A stretch of 24,000 bases of DNA, taken from contig CAJOLL010000006.1 in the NCBI GenBank assembly GCA_905235455.1, positions 31,835 to 55,834 on the forward strand, read 5' to 3'. Source of the DNA: an uncultured Clostridia bacterium (lineage in GTDB: Bacteria > Bacillota > Clostridia > Saccharofermentanales > Saccharofermentanaceae). Below are positions 14,557 through 21,764 of the stretch, piece by piece (position 1 is the stretch's first letter; every line of letters begins with the position of its first letter). The translations under genes were made by a program, and so were the position numbers. The notes below the pieces were generated by a model that worked only from the letters and a program-made list of their open reading frames with translations, had not been told where the DNA came from and did no database searches.

Positions 14557-15616
14557 CTTTACTTACCTTTCCTAATGTATTTGCTATTTTCTGTTGTGCG
14601 TCCATTGACTGATGGCAGTATGTCTCGATGGTGGTAGTTACCCGCCCGTGTCCAAGTCTCCTTGCGATCGCCTGTGCGCTGAACCCGAGCTCTACAAGCA
14701 TCGATGCATGTGAGTGTCGAAGACAGTGGATAGTGATCCTTTTTACTCCGCTGTTCTTGATTCCCCTTTGCATCTCCTTCTCAAAGAAGCTTTTTGTCTT
14801 TTCTGCGAAAAGCCTCGTATCCGGCTTTGCTTTGTAGATATGAGAGATATACTCCTCAATAATTTCCGCCAGATCCTCATGGATAGTGATCACACGGATC
14901 GAGCTTTCTGTCTTGGGAGTTGAAATAATGTCCTTCCCGTTGAGTCTGGTATACGATTCATCTATACGAACCGTCAGATCATCGAGATCGATATCTTCGA
15001 CTTTGAGTGCTAGGAGTTCGCCGATACGCATTCCTGTCCAGAACAGGATCTGAAATGCAACCCATGCTTCATACTTATCACTTACCGCATCGATGAAGGA
15101 TTGAAACTCTTCAAGAGTCCAAAATGGTCTTTCGTCTGCTCGCGACTTTCCCATACTCCCGGCCCTCTTACAGGGATTTGCCCTCAGATCGTAGTAGCTC
15201 ACTGCATAATTAAGGATGGCGGACAACTGATTGTTGATCGTCTTTAGATACGTTGCCTTATACCCCTTCTCCATCATTTCTCCTTGCCACTTACGGATCG
15301 TAGCTGCAGTGATCTGACTGAGGGGCATATTGCCGAAATATGGAAGGAGCTTATCGGTAACGATATACTCCTTGTTCACCATTGTCGTTACCTTAAGACG
15401 TTTTCCCATATCCGCCTTATAGATTTCCCAGAAATCCTTAAAAAGCATACCGGGATCTGCGGCTTGCTGAAGCAGAAAGCGGTTCAACCATTCTTCCGCT
15501 TCCTTCTTCGTCTTAAAGCCTTTTCGAGATGTCTTCCGGATAGTTCCTGTCCAGTCTTTATAACGGAACTGAATGTGCCAGGTACCGTTGGGATCTCTCT
15601 TGGCACTGTTTGCCAT
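14525..15616 (-). CDS. int: tyrosine site-specific integrase (Tn916-like, AP2-type arm-binding N-terminus)
   Basis: 363 aa. N-terminal KRDPNGTWHIQFRYKDWTGTIRKTSRKGFKTKKEAEEWL (AP2-like integrase DNA-binding domain). Catalytic residues in WTGMRIGELLAL (Arg), HCLRHSHAS (His-x-x-Arg) and LGHGRVTTTIETYCH (His...Tyr). Confidence 0.95.
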   Translation of the reverse strand: MANSAKRDPNGTWHIQFRYKDWTGTIRKTSRKGFKTKKEAEEWLNRFLLQQAADPGMLFKDFWEIYKADMGKRLKVTTMVNKEYIVTDKLLPYFGNMPLSQITAATIRKWQGEMMEKGYKATYLKTINNQLSAILNYAVSYYDLRANPCKRAGSMGKSRADERPFWTLEEFQSFIDAVSDKYEAWVAFQILFWTGMRIGELLALKVEDIDLDDLTVRIDESYTRLNGKDIISTPKTESSIRVITIHEDLAEIIEEYISHIYKAKPDTRLFAEKTKSFFEKEMQRGIKNSGVKRITIHCLRHSHASMLVELGFSAQAIARRLGHGRVTTTIETYCHQSMDAQQKIANTLGKVSKGDKDAMQKRS

Positions 15617-15816
15617 TACGCGATCACCTCCTCGCCGTGAGAACCACCGAAGTACCTCTCATCAAAGTAGTCCTTAGACACTTTTCCTTCGACTACCAGA
15701 TACCCCTTTTCCTTAAGTTCCCGGTTGAGCTGCTTTACGATACCGTAGGCAGTAGTACGACCTACGCCGACCATAAAAGCGACTTCGTTTGCTGTGTAGT
15801 ACAGTTTTTTGTTCAT
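15616..15816 (-). CDS. xis: excisionase / small HTH DNA-binding protein (Xis-like)
   Basis: 66 aa with a helix-turn-helix (YTANEVAFMVGVGRTTAYGIVKQL). Its TAA overlaps the int ATG (TAATG), suggesting translational coupling. AGAGGTGA precedes the ATG. Confidence 0.75.
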   Translation of the reverse strand: MNKKLYYTANEVAFMVGVGRTTAYGIVKQLNRELKEKGYLVVEGKVSKDYFDERYFGGSHGEEVIA

Positions 15817-15873
15817 TTGTTTTCACCTCTTTCCTCTAGATTTGTATCATGCGTATCATTTGATACGCTTGTG

Positions 15874-15902
15874 ATAATAGCGTATCTTTTGATACGTGTC
15901 AA
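15874..15902 (-). promoter_or_regulatory. xis-int promoter
   Basis: The reverse strand reads TTGACA (15902..15897), 17 nt, TATTAT (15879..15874). The 17-nt spacer is exactly operator O2, and O1 lies just downstream of the predicted start. Confidence 0.6.
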
Positions 15903-15911
15903 TAGATAATC

Positions 15912-15940
15912 TTGAAAAATCGTATCTTTTGGTATAGAAT
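15912..15940 (+). promoter_or_regulatory. xre regulator promoter
   Basis: TTGAAA (15912..15917), 17 nt, TAGAAT (15935..15940). Operator O3 overlaps the spacer and the -10. AAGGAG lies 8 nt before the ATG at 15976. Confidence 0.5.
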
Positions 15941-15975
15941 GGCATCAATTGATACGTTTACAAGGAGAATAGCCT

Positions 15976-16527
15976 ATGACTACAGGTGAAAATATCCGCC
16001 GCATCCGCAAGCAGAGAGGTATGACTCTTAAGCAATTAGGAGATGCCGTTGGAGTAAGTGAAGCATATATACGTGCATATGAGGCCGGAAGAAGGAATCC
16101 GAAGCAGCAGTCTTTAGAAGCACTGGCATCTGCGCTTCATGTAAATGTTGAAGTATTAACAGGAGCCGATTTTGATGGCATCAAAGCCATGCACCGTCTC
16201 TTTCAGGTATTCCGTCAATACAGCGGAGAGATGATCACTTATAAGGATGAGGATGGCAACGAACGTGTTGCCGTCGGATTTGGAACGCTTTCTCTTATGT
16301 CATCTTGGTATGAAAAATATGAAGAGTATCAGAATACTATCAAGAAGTGTAAGAAGATAAAGAATGTAACCGAACGTGCTAATGCTTTGCTTGAAGCAGA
16401 GGCCGCATTCGACACATGGATGGATACATATCCTGAATGTGAGACTGATTCCGAGAAGTTGGAGATCCAGAAAAAGCATGATCAGTTCATGGATAAGATG
16501 GGACTTAATCCCAAGGATCCGGAATAA
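15976..16527 (+). CDS. XRE-family HTH transcriptional regulator (element repressor candidate) with a roughly 115-aa C-terminal extension
   Basis: The N-terminal NIRRIRKQRGMTLKQLGDAVGVSEAYIRAYEAGRRNP is a classic HTH_3/cI-like motif. Divergent from xis-int. Confidence 0.9.
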   Translation: MTTGENIRRIRKQRGMTLKQLGDAVGVSEAYIRAYEAGRRNPKQQSLEALASALHVNVEVLTGADFDGIKAMHRLFQVFRQYSGEMITYKDEDGNERVAVGFGTLSLMSSWYEKYEEYQNTIKKCKKIKNVTERANALLEAEAAFDTWMDTYPECETDSEKLEIQKKHDQFMDKMGLNPKDPE

Positions 16528-16566
16528 CTGCAAATAGCTTGCAGAAATCACGTCAGAATAAAAATC

Positions 16567-16586
16567 TGTACCCAAAATGTACCCAA
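16567..16586 (+). repeat. tandem arm-type repeats TGTACCCA x2 (11-bp phasing), attL arm
   Basis: TGTACCCAAAATGTACCCAA, about 60 nt inside the element from the core at 16645. Same orientation and phasing as 1025..1045. Confidence 0.55.
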
Positions 16587-16599
16587 ATGGGCATAATAA

Positions 16600-16637
16600 A
16601 ACCCCGAAAGTGCTGATATTAAAGCGTTTCCGGGGTT
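16600..16637 (-). terminator. element-encoded hairpin acting as surrogate guaA terminator
   Basis: AACCCCG(AAA) at 16600..16609 pairs with (TTTC)CGGGGTT at 16627..16637, with one bulge and a roughly 16-nt loop. On the minus strand it is followed by TTATTATG. It starts 8 nt after the guaA stop. Confidence 0.45.
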
Positions 16638-16644
16638 GTAATAT

Positions 16645-16657
16645 TTATTCAAGCTCG
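16645..16657. repeat. att core copy (attL side, within the guaA 3' end): TTATTCAAGCTCG
   Basis: Exact direct repeat of 912..924. Contains the guaA stop codon (complement of 16645..16647). Confidence 0.75.
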
Positions 16658-18186
16658 ATCGTGGCCGGCGGTTTTCCGGTGCAGTCGTAGAGGACTCGGT
16701 TGATGCCTTTGACTTCGTTGACGATTCGGGAAGAAACTCTTCCGATGAGGCTCCACGGGAGCTCGGCAAATTCTGCCGTCATGAAATCTGTGGTCGTTAC
16801 CGCACGGATGACGCAGGCATAATCGTACGTTCTCTCATCGCCCATGCAGCCGACGGAGCGCATGTTTGTGAGAGCTGCGAAGTACTGGTTCGCATTTCTG
16901 TCGAGACCGGCTTTTGCCATCTCCTGACGGAAGATCGCATCCGCATCCTGTACGAGGCGGACCTTCTCGGCAGTAACTTCGCCGATGATACGGATCGCCA
17001 GACCCGGGCCCGGGAACGGCTGACGGAAGACAAGATTCTCCGGTATACCGAGCTCAAGACCGGCTCTTCTTACTTCATCCTTAAAGAGCAGGCGCAGCGG
17101 CTCGATGATCTCTTTGAAATCGACGCAGTCCGGAAGTCCGCCGACATTGTGGTGGGACTTGATGACGGCGCTTTTACCGAGGCCGGATTCAATAACGTCC
17201 GGATAGATGGTGCCCTGTACAAGGAAGTCGACTGCACCGATCTTCTTAGCTTCTTCTTCAAATACGCGGATGAATTCTTCACCGATGATCTTTCTCTTCT
17301 TCTCCGGTTCTTCGACCCCGGCGAGCTTGCTGTAGAAGCGCTCCTGGGCATTTACGCGGACGAAGTTCAGGTCGTAAGGACCCTCCGGACCGAAGACTGC
17401 TTCTACTTCGTCGCCTTCGTCTTTTCTGAGAAGACCGTGGTCAACGAATACACAGGTAAGCTGCTTGCCGACTGCCTTGGAAAGAAGAACGGCGGCTACG
17501 GAAGAGTCAACACCACCGGACAGGGCACAGAGGACTTTACCGTTTCCGACTTTTTCGCGGATCTCTTTGATCGATGTCTCGACGAAAGAATCCATCTTCC
17601 AGTCACATGCGCATTTACATATAAGCTTTAAGAAGTTCTCGAGCATCTTGTTTCCCTCGACCGTATGGGAAACTTCCGGATGGAACTGTACGCAGTAAAG
17701 GCCCTTCTCCACATTCTGTGCAGCCGCGACCGGACAGGCTTTCGTGGTGGCTGTAACAGTGAATCCCGGAGCCGCTTCCGCGATATAAACTGTGTGGCTC
17801 ATCCAGCAGACTGTCTTATCGGATACATTCTTGAAAAGCGCTGTGTCGGTATCCACATCGACCTCGGTGTGACCATATTCACGGACGGGAGCTGTTGCGA
17901 CTTTACCTCCGAGGAGATAGTTCATGAGCTGGGCACCATAGCAGATTCCAAGGACCGGAATACCGAGCTCGAAGATCTCTTTGCTGCAACGGGGAGCATC
18001 GTCATCTGTGACGTTGCTCGGACCACCGGTGAAGATGATTCCCTTCGGATTCATTTCTTTGATTTTTTCGATCGGTATGTTGTAAGGATGAACTTCGCAG
18101 TAGACGCTTAAGTCGCGGACTCTTCTTGCGATGAGCTGGTTGTACTGGCCTCCGAAATCCAAGATAAGGATCATTTCATTCTGCAT
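16645..18186 (-). CDS. guaA: GMP synthase (glutamine-hydrolysing)
   Basis: 513 aa. GATase domain with GICYGAQL (catalytic Cys). ATP pyrophosphatase P-loop SGGVDSS. Conserved C-terminal dimerisation region ending ...KPPATIELE. Confidence 0.97.
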   Translation of the reverse strand: MQNEMILILDFGGQYNQLIARRVRDLSVYCEVHPYNIPIEKIKEMNPKGIIFTGGPSNVTDDDAPRCSKEIFELGIPVLGICYGAQLMNYLLGGKVATAPVREYGHTEVDVDTDTALFKNVSDKTVCWMSHTVYIAEAAPGFTVTATTKACPVAAAQNVEKGLYCVQFHPEVSHTVEGNKMLENFLKLICKCACDWKMDSFVETSIKEIREKVGNGKVLCALSGGVDSSVAAVLLSKAVGKQLTCVFVDHGLLRKDEGDEVEAVFGPEGPYDLNFVRVNAQERFYSKLAGVEEPEKKRKIIGEEFIRVFEEEAKKIGAVDFLVQGTIYPDVIESGLGKSAVIKSHHNVGGLPDCVDFKEIIEPLRLLFKDEVRRAGLELGIPENLVFRQPFPGPGLAIRIIGEVTAEKVRLVQDADAIFRQEMAKAGLDRNANQYFAALTNMRSVGCMGDERTYDYACVIRAVTTTDFMTAEFAELPWSLIGRVSSRIVNEVKGINRVLYDCTGKPPATIELE

Positions 18187-18266
18187 GGTGAGCCTCCCCG
18201 ATACATATGTGGAATTTTATGTGGTTATAATACAGCAAAAGCACCGGGGATTTATATCCGTAAAAT

Positions 18267-18280
18267 GCACAAATTTGTGC
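18267..18280. promoter_or_regulatory. perfect 14-bp palindrome GCACAAATTTGTGC between the DUF2809-like gene and guaA (terminator or operator)
   Basis: Flanked by an A-run and a T-run (AAAATGCACAAATTTGTGCGTTTTTTT). About 90 nt downstream of the upstream gene's stop and about 80 nt upstream of the guaA ATG on the minus strand. Confidence 0.35.
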
Positions 18281-18372
18281 GTTTTTTTGGACTTTTTCGT
18301 TATCCTGCGGGATGAGTGCGGGATCCATCTTCAAACATCGGTTCAATATGCGGGGGAAAAACTCTATGCAGA

Positions 18373-19242
18373 TCAGGTCCAGTCAGCTTCTTCTTCGGAG
18401 ACTTTTTCGCCCCACTTGGAAGCCCATTTTTCACAGTAGAGCCTCGAGTAGGGAATATTCTTTTCCGTTCGAAGTTTCTGGCATTTTTTGCTGCTTGCCC
18501 AGAAGATCGACGGAATTCCGATTACGAGGAAATAAAACGGTCCGAGCAAAAGGGACTGGAAAGTGTGGCCGTATTCATGGACCGCGACTCGTTCGTTATA
18601 GGCACGGATCCTTTTTGCGCGGTCGCTCCGGTCATCTGCCGAGGGTTCTCTCGGCGTAAAGATAAACATACCTAAGGACACTGCGGAAGTCTTCGGCCAG
18701 ACGGTTCTGACTACTCCTCGGTAATAGGTGTGCTTACACTTGAAAAACCATAGGTAAACGAAAAATCCGACCGAAGTCTGGATATATCCCCACGTCCAGT
18801 GAAGGAATACGGCGATCGGATAAAACCAGCGTCGGTCATCCTTCCAGTGCGTCTCGAGGGCCAGGAACAGCCCGATCAGAAGAAGTCCCAGAAAATAACA
18901 CAGCCCGTCTTTGTGGTCGTAGGTTCCGCCGAGTAGTTCACCCGGGAAAGAAGAAGCCGAAAGCCCAAGTGCTTTTGGCACGGAAAGAGCCTGAAGGATC
19001 TCGACGAACCAGCCGGTAAAATAGCAGACGAAGGGAAGCACGTAGATCGAAAAGATCTTATCTTTCGGGAAAAACATGGCACGAAAGAAAAAGTAGAGCG
19101 CCGGGATGACGATCACGTCACCGAGATAGGCACGCACGACACCGCGGGAAAAGAGCGCGATCAGTACCTCCGCCATGAAAAGTACCAGAAAAAGGACCGC
19201 GTATTTAAATCTCTGCTGCAGTTTTCTTTTGTCTTTTTCCAT
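18373..19242 (-). CDS. polytopic membrane protein: DUF2809-like N-terminal half plus C-terminal HExxH (HEYGH) region
   Basis: The track ORF (18373..19701, 442 aa) overlaps uppP on the opposite strand. The internal ATG at 19242 (MEKDKRKLQQRFKYAVLFLVLFMAEVLIALF...YLGDVIVIPALYFFF) gives 289 aa and clears uppP. HEYGHTFQS lies between hydrophobic segments. Confidence 0.65.
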   Translation of the reverse strand: MEKDKRKLQQRFKYAVLFLVLFMAEVLIALFSRGVVRAYLGDVIVIPALYFFFRAMFFPKDKIFSIYVLPFVCYFTGWFVEILQALSVPKALGLSASSFPGELLGGTYDHKDGLCYFLGLLLIGLFLALETHWKDDRRWFYPIAVFLHWTWGYIQTSVGFFVYLWFFKCKHTYYRGVVRTVWPKTSAVSLGMFIFTPREPSADDRSDRAKRIRAYNERVAVHEYGHTFQSLLLGPFYFLVIGIPSIFWASSKKCQKLRTEKNIPYSRLYCEKWASKWGEKVSEEEADWT

Positions 19243-19344
19243 TCTGTCCCCGCTGCGGCGGACATCTCCGACAGGATCCCCCGTCTCTCCGCCTTTTCGA
19301 TAATGTGCTATACTGGAAACCATATTATCAAAGGTGGACGTAAA

Positions 19345-20190
19345 ATGACAATATTCGAATGGACAAAACTCATCATCATCGGCATCGTCGAGGGCATTAC
19401 CGAATGGCTCCCGGTGAGTTCGACGGCGCATATGCTCCTCATCGACGAGATCATACCGATGGCCCAGAGCGAAGAGTTCAAGAATATGTTTTTTGTCCTG
19501 ATCCAGTTGGGCGCGATCATGGCAGTCGTCGTCTCGTTCTGGAAACGCCTTTGGCCTTTCGGTTACGGCGAACAGCCGGGCATGGAAAAGAAGAAAGTCT
19601 ACATCAAAAAAGACATCTTCATGATGTGGTTCAAAGTTGTTGTTGCCTGTATCCCGGGCTTTATCGTCACCATGCTTTTCGATGACTATGTCGAAGCGCA
19701 TCTTCAGACACCTTATGTGATCGGCGTGGCGCTTGCCGCTTACGGCCTGATTCTTATCGTGGTCGAACAGCGCAGAAAGAACAAACTCCCGCGTGTCGAG
19801 TCCGTGGATGACCTTTCGTTCAAGGACTCTTTCATCATCGGGCTTTTCCAGTGCCTGTCCATCATCCCGGGAACTTCCCGCTCCGGCTCGACCATCATCG
19901 GTTCTCTTTCAATCGGCATCAACCGAACGACCGCTGCGGAATTTACGTTTTTTATGGCCGTGCCGGTCATGTTCGGATTAAGCTTCATTAAGCTCTTAAA
20001 GTTCGGATTTGACTTTACTGCGACAGAGATCATTACTCTTCTGGTCGGCTGTGCGATTGCATTCCTCGTTTCTCTCGTCGTGATCCGTGCACTCATGAAC
20101 TTCGTAAAAAAACACGACTACAAGGTGTTCGGTTACTACCGTATCCTCCTCGGAGTCGTGGTTATTCTTTACTTTGCGCTGGCTGCCTGA
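19345..20190 (+). CDS. uppP: undecaprenyl-diphosphate phosphatase (BacA/UppP)
   Basis: Start moved from the track's 19303 to MTIFEW... at 19345, which has AAGGTGGA 6-7 nt upstream. Motifs: EGITEWLPVSSTAHM and PGTSRSGSTI. Confidence 0.93.
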   Translation: MTIFEWTKLIIIGIVEGITEWLPVSSTAHMLLIDEIIPMAQSEEFKNMFFVLIQLGAIMAVVVSFWKRLWPFGYGEQPGMEKKKVYIKKDIFMMWFKVVVACIPGFIVTMLFDDYVEAHLQTPYVIGVALAAYGLILIVVEQRRKNKLPRVESVDDLSFKDSFIIGLFQCLSIIPGTSRSGSTIIGSLSIGINRTTAAEFTFFMAVPVMFGLSFIKLLKFGFDFTATEIITLLVGCAIAFLVSLVVIRALMNFVKKHDYKVFGYYRILLGVVVILYFALAA

Positions 20191-20214
20191 TCTTTTGGGA
20201 CATCCCCTTAAAGA

Positions 20215-21630
20215 TCACTCCTCGTCTTCCTTCTCTTCCTCATCCGGCTCTTCCGGGATCACGTGAAGGAGAAGTTTTGAGATCCAGTTTTCCTCGACCT
20301 GAATGACCTTGATCTTAAGGTTCTTGTACTGTACCTCCGGTGTCTCGCCATGGTCCGGAACACGGTCGAGAAGGCTTAATGTCAGGCCGGCAATGGTATC
20401 ATAGTCCTCGCTGACGAGATCCACTCCGATTGCTTCTTCGAGGTCGCTGAGCGTCATATCGCCGCGCACGAGGAATCCTCCGTCATTCATGTTCAGAAGC
20501 TCCTGTTCTTCCTCGTCAAACTCGTCCGTGATGTTACCGACGATCTCCTCGAGCATATCTTCAATCGTCGCGATACCCATCGTTCCGCCGTATTCGTCAA
20601 CGATAACGGCCAGCTGCATCTTCCCCTTTTTCATTTCATGGAAAAGGTCCGATATCTTTTTCGTTTCATGCACGAAAAGCGGCGGTCTCATGATCTTTTC
20701 CAGCGAAAAATCACCGGTTTCGTTGGAAACAGCGAGAAGATCCTTGATATGCAGGATACCGACGATCTCGTCGATGGTCTCATTATAGACCGGGATACGT
20801 GTGTACTTCTCGTTTGTGGCCACATCCATGACCTCTTCGTAAGTCGAGTCGATCGGAAGTGCCACGACCTGTTTTCTGTGGGTCATGATCTCTGCAACAT
20901 CCTTGTCATTGAACTCAAAGATATTCTGGATCATCTGTTTTTCGGAATCCTCGATAGATCCTTCCTCAGATCCTACATCTACAAGCATACGGATCTCTTC
21001 CTCGGTGACATTGGTCTCTTTGACCTCCGGATCGATATGAAGCAACCGGAGGACTGCATTTGTCGAGATCGTCAGGAAGCGGACGAAAGGTTTCATGATC
21101 GTGCCGAAAGTGCGGACGACCGACGCGGAACGGAAAGCCAGCTTCTCGGCGTTATTCTGGGCGATACGCTTCGGAACGAGCTCACCGAGTACCAGCGAGA
21201 AATAGGACAGGATCAGAGTGACGACAACCGTGCACACCGTTCCGAGGAAAGAATACTTTCCGTCCGGATCGAGCCAGGAAGTAAGTCTTCCCGTGAATCG
21301 GTTTGCGGCAAAAGCACTTGCCAAAAATCCTGCGAGTGTTACGCCAACCTGGATCGTCGCCAGAAAAGCGGCGGGGTTTTCGATAAAGCGGAGGACTCGT
21401 TTCGACTTTTTGTCACCGTCTTCCGCCTGTTTTTTGATCTTTGCGTCATTAAGAGAAATCACCGCCATTTCCACAGCCGAGAAAAAGGCGTTAATGAGAA
21501 TAAAAATAAAAACTATGACCAGGTCAAGAATAAATCGACCTATACTGTCTTCAGGCACGTTCGTTCCTTTCCTTCCTGTATTCCGAAGATGTCGCTCTTT
21601 GCTACTTCGGCTTAAACTGTGCTCAAACAT
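20215..21630 (-). CDS. CNNM/DUF21-CBS-CorC_HlyC family transporter (hemolysin-family protein)
   Basis: N-terminal DUF21 membrane domain (LINAFFSAVEMAVISLN), CBS pair, and a C-terminal CorC/HlyC domain with an acidic tail. The real start may be the GTG at 21558 (VPEDSIG...), which follows GGAAGGAAAGGAA. Confidence 0.88.
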   Translation of the reverse strand: MFEHSLSRSSKERHLRNTGRKGTNVPEDSIGRFILDLVIVFIFILINAFFSAVEMAVISLNDAKIKKQAEDGDKKSKRVLRFIENPAAFLATIQVGVTLAGFLASAFAANRFTGRLTSWLDPDGKYSFLGTVCTVVVTLILSYFSLVLGELVPKRIAQNNAEKLAFRSASVVRTFGTIMKPFVRFLTISTNAVLRLLHIDPEVKETNVTEEEIRMLVDVGSEEGSIEDSEKQMIQNIFEFNDKDVAEIMTHRKQVVALPIDSTYEEVMDVATNEKYTRIPVYNETIDEIVGILHIKDLLAVSNETGDFSLEKIMRPPLFVHETKKISDLFHEMKKGKMQLAVIVDEYGGTMGIATIEDMLEEIVGNITDEFDEEEQELLNMNDGGFLVRGDMTLSDLEEAIGVDLVSEDYDTIAGLTLSLLDRVPDHGETPEVQYKNLKIKVIQVEENWISKLLLHVIPEEPDEEEKEDEE

Positions 21631-21764
21631 TTTATAGTAAGTAATTAATGACGAATATAACAGATTTTACAGAGTATTTCAACTTGCCGTGTGTTATCAT
21701 GGGGAGCAGAACAAGTTGCAGCAAAGGCTTCGTCGTTCTTTCCGATGAAACTGAAAGGGACTCT

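Larger units (their letters stand above)
15852..15956. promoter_or_regulatory. four palindromic operators in the xis/xre divergent region
   Basis: O1 CGTATCATTTGATACG (15852..15867). O2 CGTATCTTTTGATACG (15881..15896). O3 CGTATCTTTTGGTATA (15921..15936). O4 GCATCAATTGATACG (15942..15956). Confidence 0.7.
912..16644. mobile_element. about 15.7-kb integrative mobilizable element (IME) inserted in the 3' end of guaA
   Basis: Bounded by the 13-bp direct repeat. Carries int, xis, a MobV relaxase, a MobC-like protein and an AAA_25 ATPase, but no T4SS or coupling protein. It is visibly more AT-rich than the guaA side: sampled lines give about 33-38 percent GC in the cargo versus about 50 percent in guaA (rough eyeball counts). 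The guaA 3' end is a known integration hotspot for Firmicute ICEs and IMEs. Confidence 0.8.

Noticed and set aside
14518-14580. Possible frameshift or pseudogenisation at the int / mobC-like overlap
   Set aside because: While hand-translating, I got a 1-nt register disagreement with the ORF track around 14520 and a compensating one near 14570. Both ORFs are intact in the supplied track, and coordinates agree again at 14628 and 15616. I therefore treat this as my own reading or counting error, not biology.
16548-16769. 73-aa minus-strand ORF spanning the att junction, and the 91-aa ORF at 16300..16575
   Set aside because: The first runs in an alternative frame of the guaA 3' end and across the core and arm sites. 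The second is antisense to the xre gene. Neither has an RBS or a recognisable motif.
18187-18372. Purine/guanine riboswitch in the guaA leader
   Set aside because: I read the reverse strand of the leader. I found no three-way-junction pattern and none of the conserved loop sequences I remember for purine riboswitches. Only the 14-bp palindrome (18267..18280) and an SD (GGGGAGG) are present. A covariance-model scan would be decisive.
19243-19701. N-terminal 153 codons of the 442-aa track ORF (18373..19701)
   Set aside because: This part overlaps the well-supported uppP gene on the opposite strand and has an Asp/Arg/His-rich, non-membrane composition. An internal ATG at 19242, with an SD-like GGGGA, begins the recognisable membrane protein.
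20638-21615. 325-aa plus-strand ORF, and the 139-aa ORF at 21218..21637, antisense to the CNNM/CorC gene
   Set aside because: Entirely antisense to a gene with clear DUF21-CBS-CorC architecture. The translations are Arg/Asp/Ser-rich with no motifs.
21648-21764. N-terminal 39 codons of the YfhO-like track ORF
   Set aside because: There is no SD before 21648, and this stretch lies in the divergent promoter region shared with the CNNM gene. The ATG at 21765 has a good SD (GAAAGGGA).
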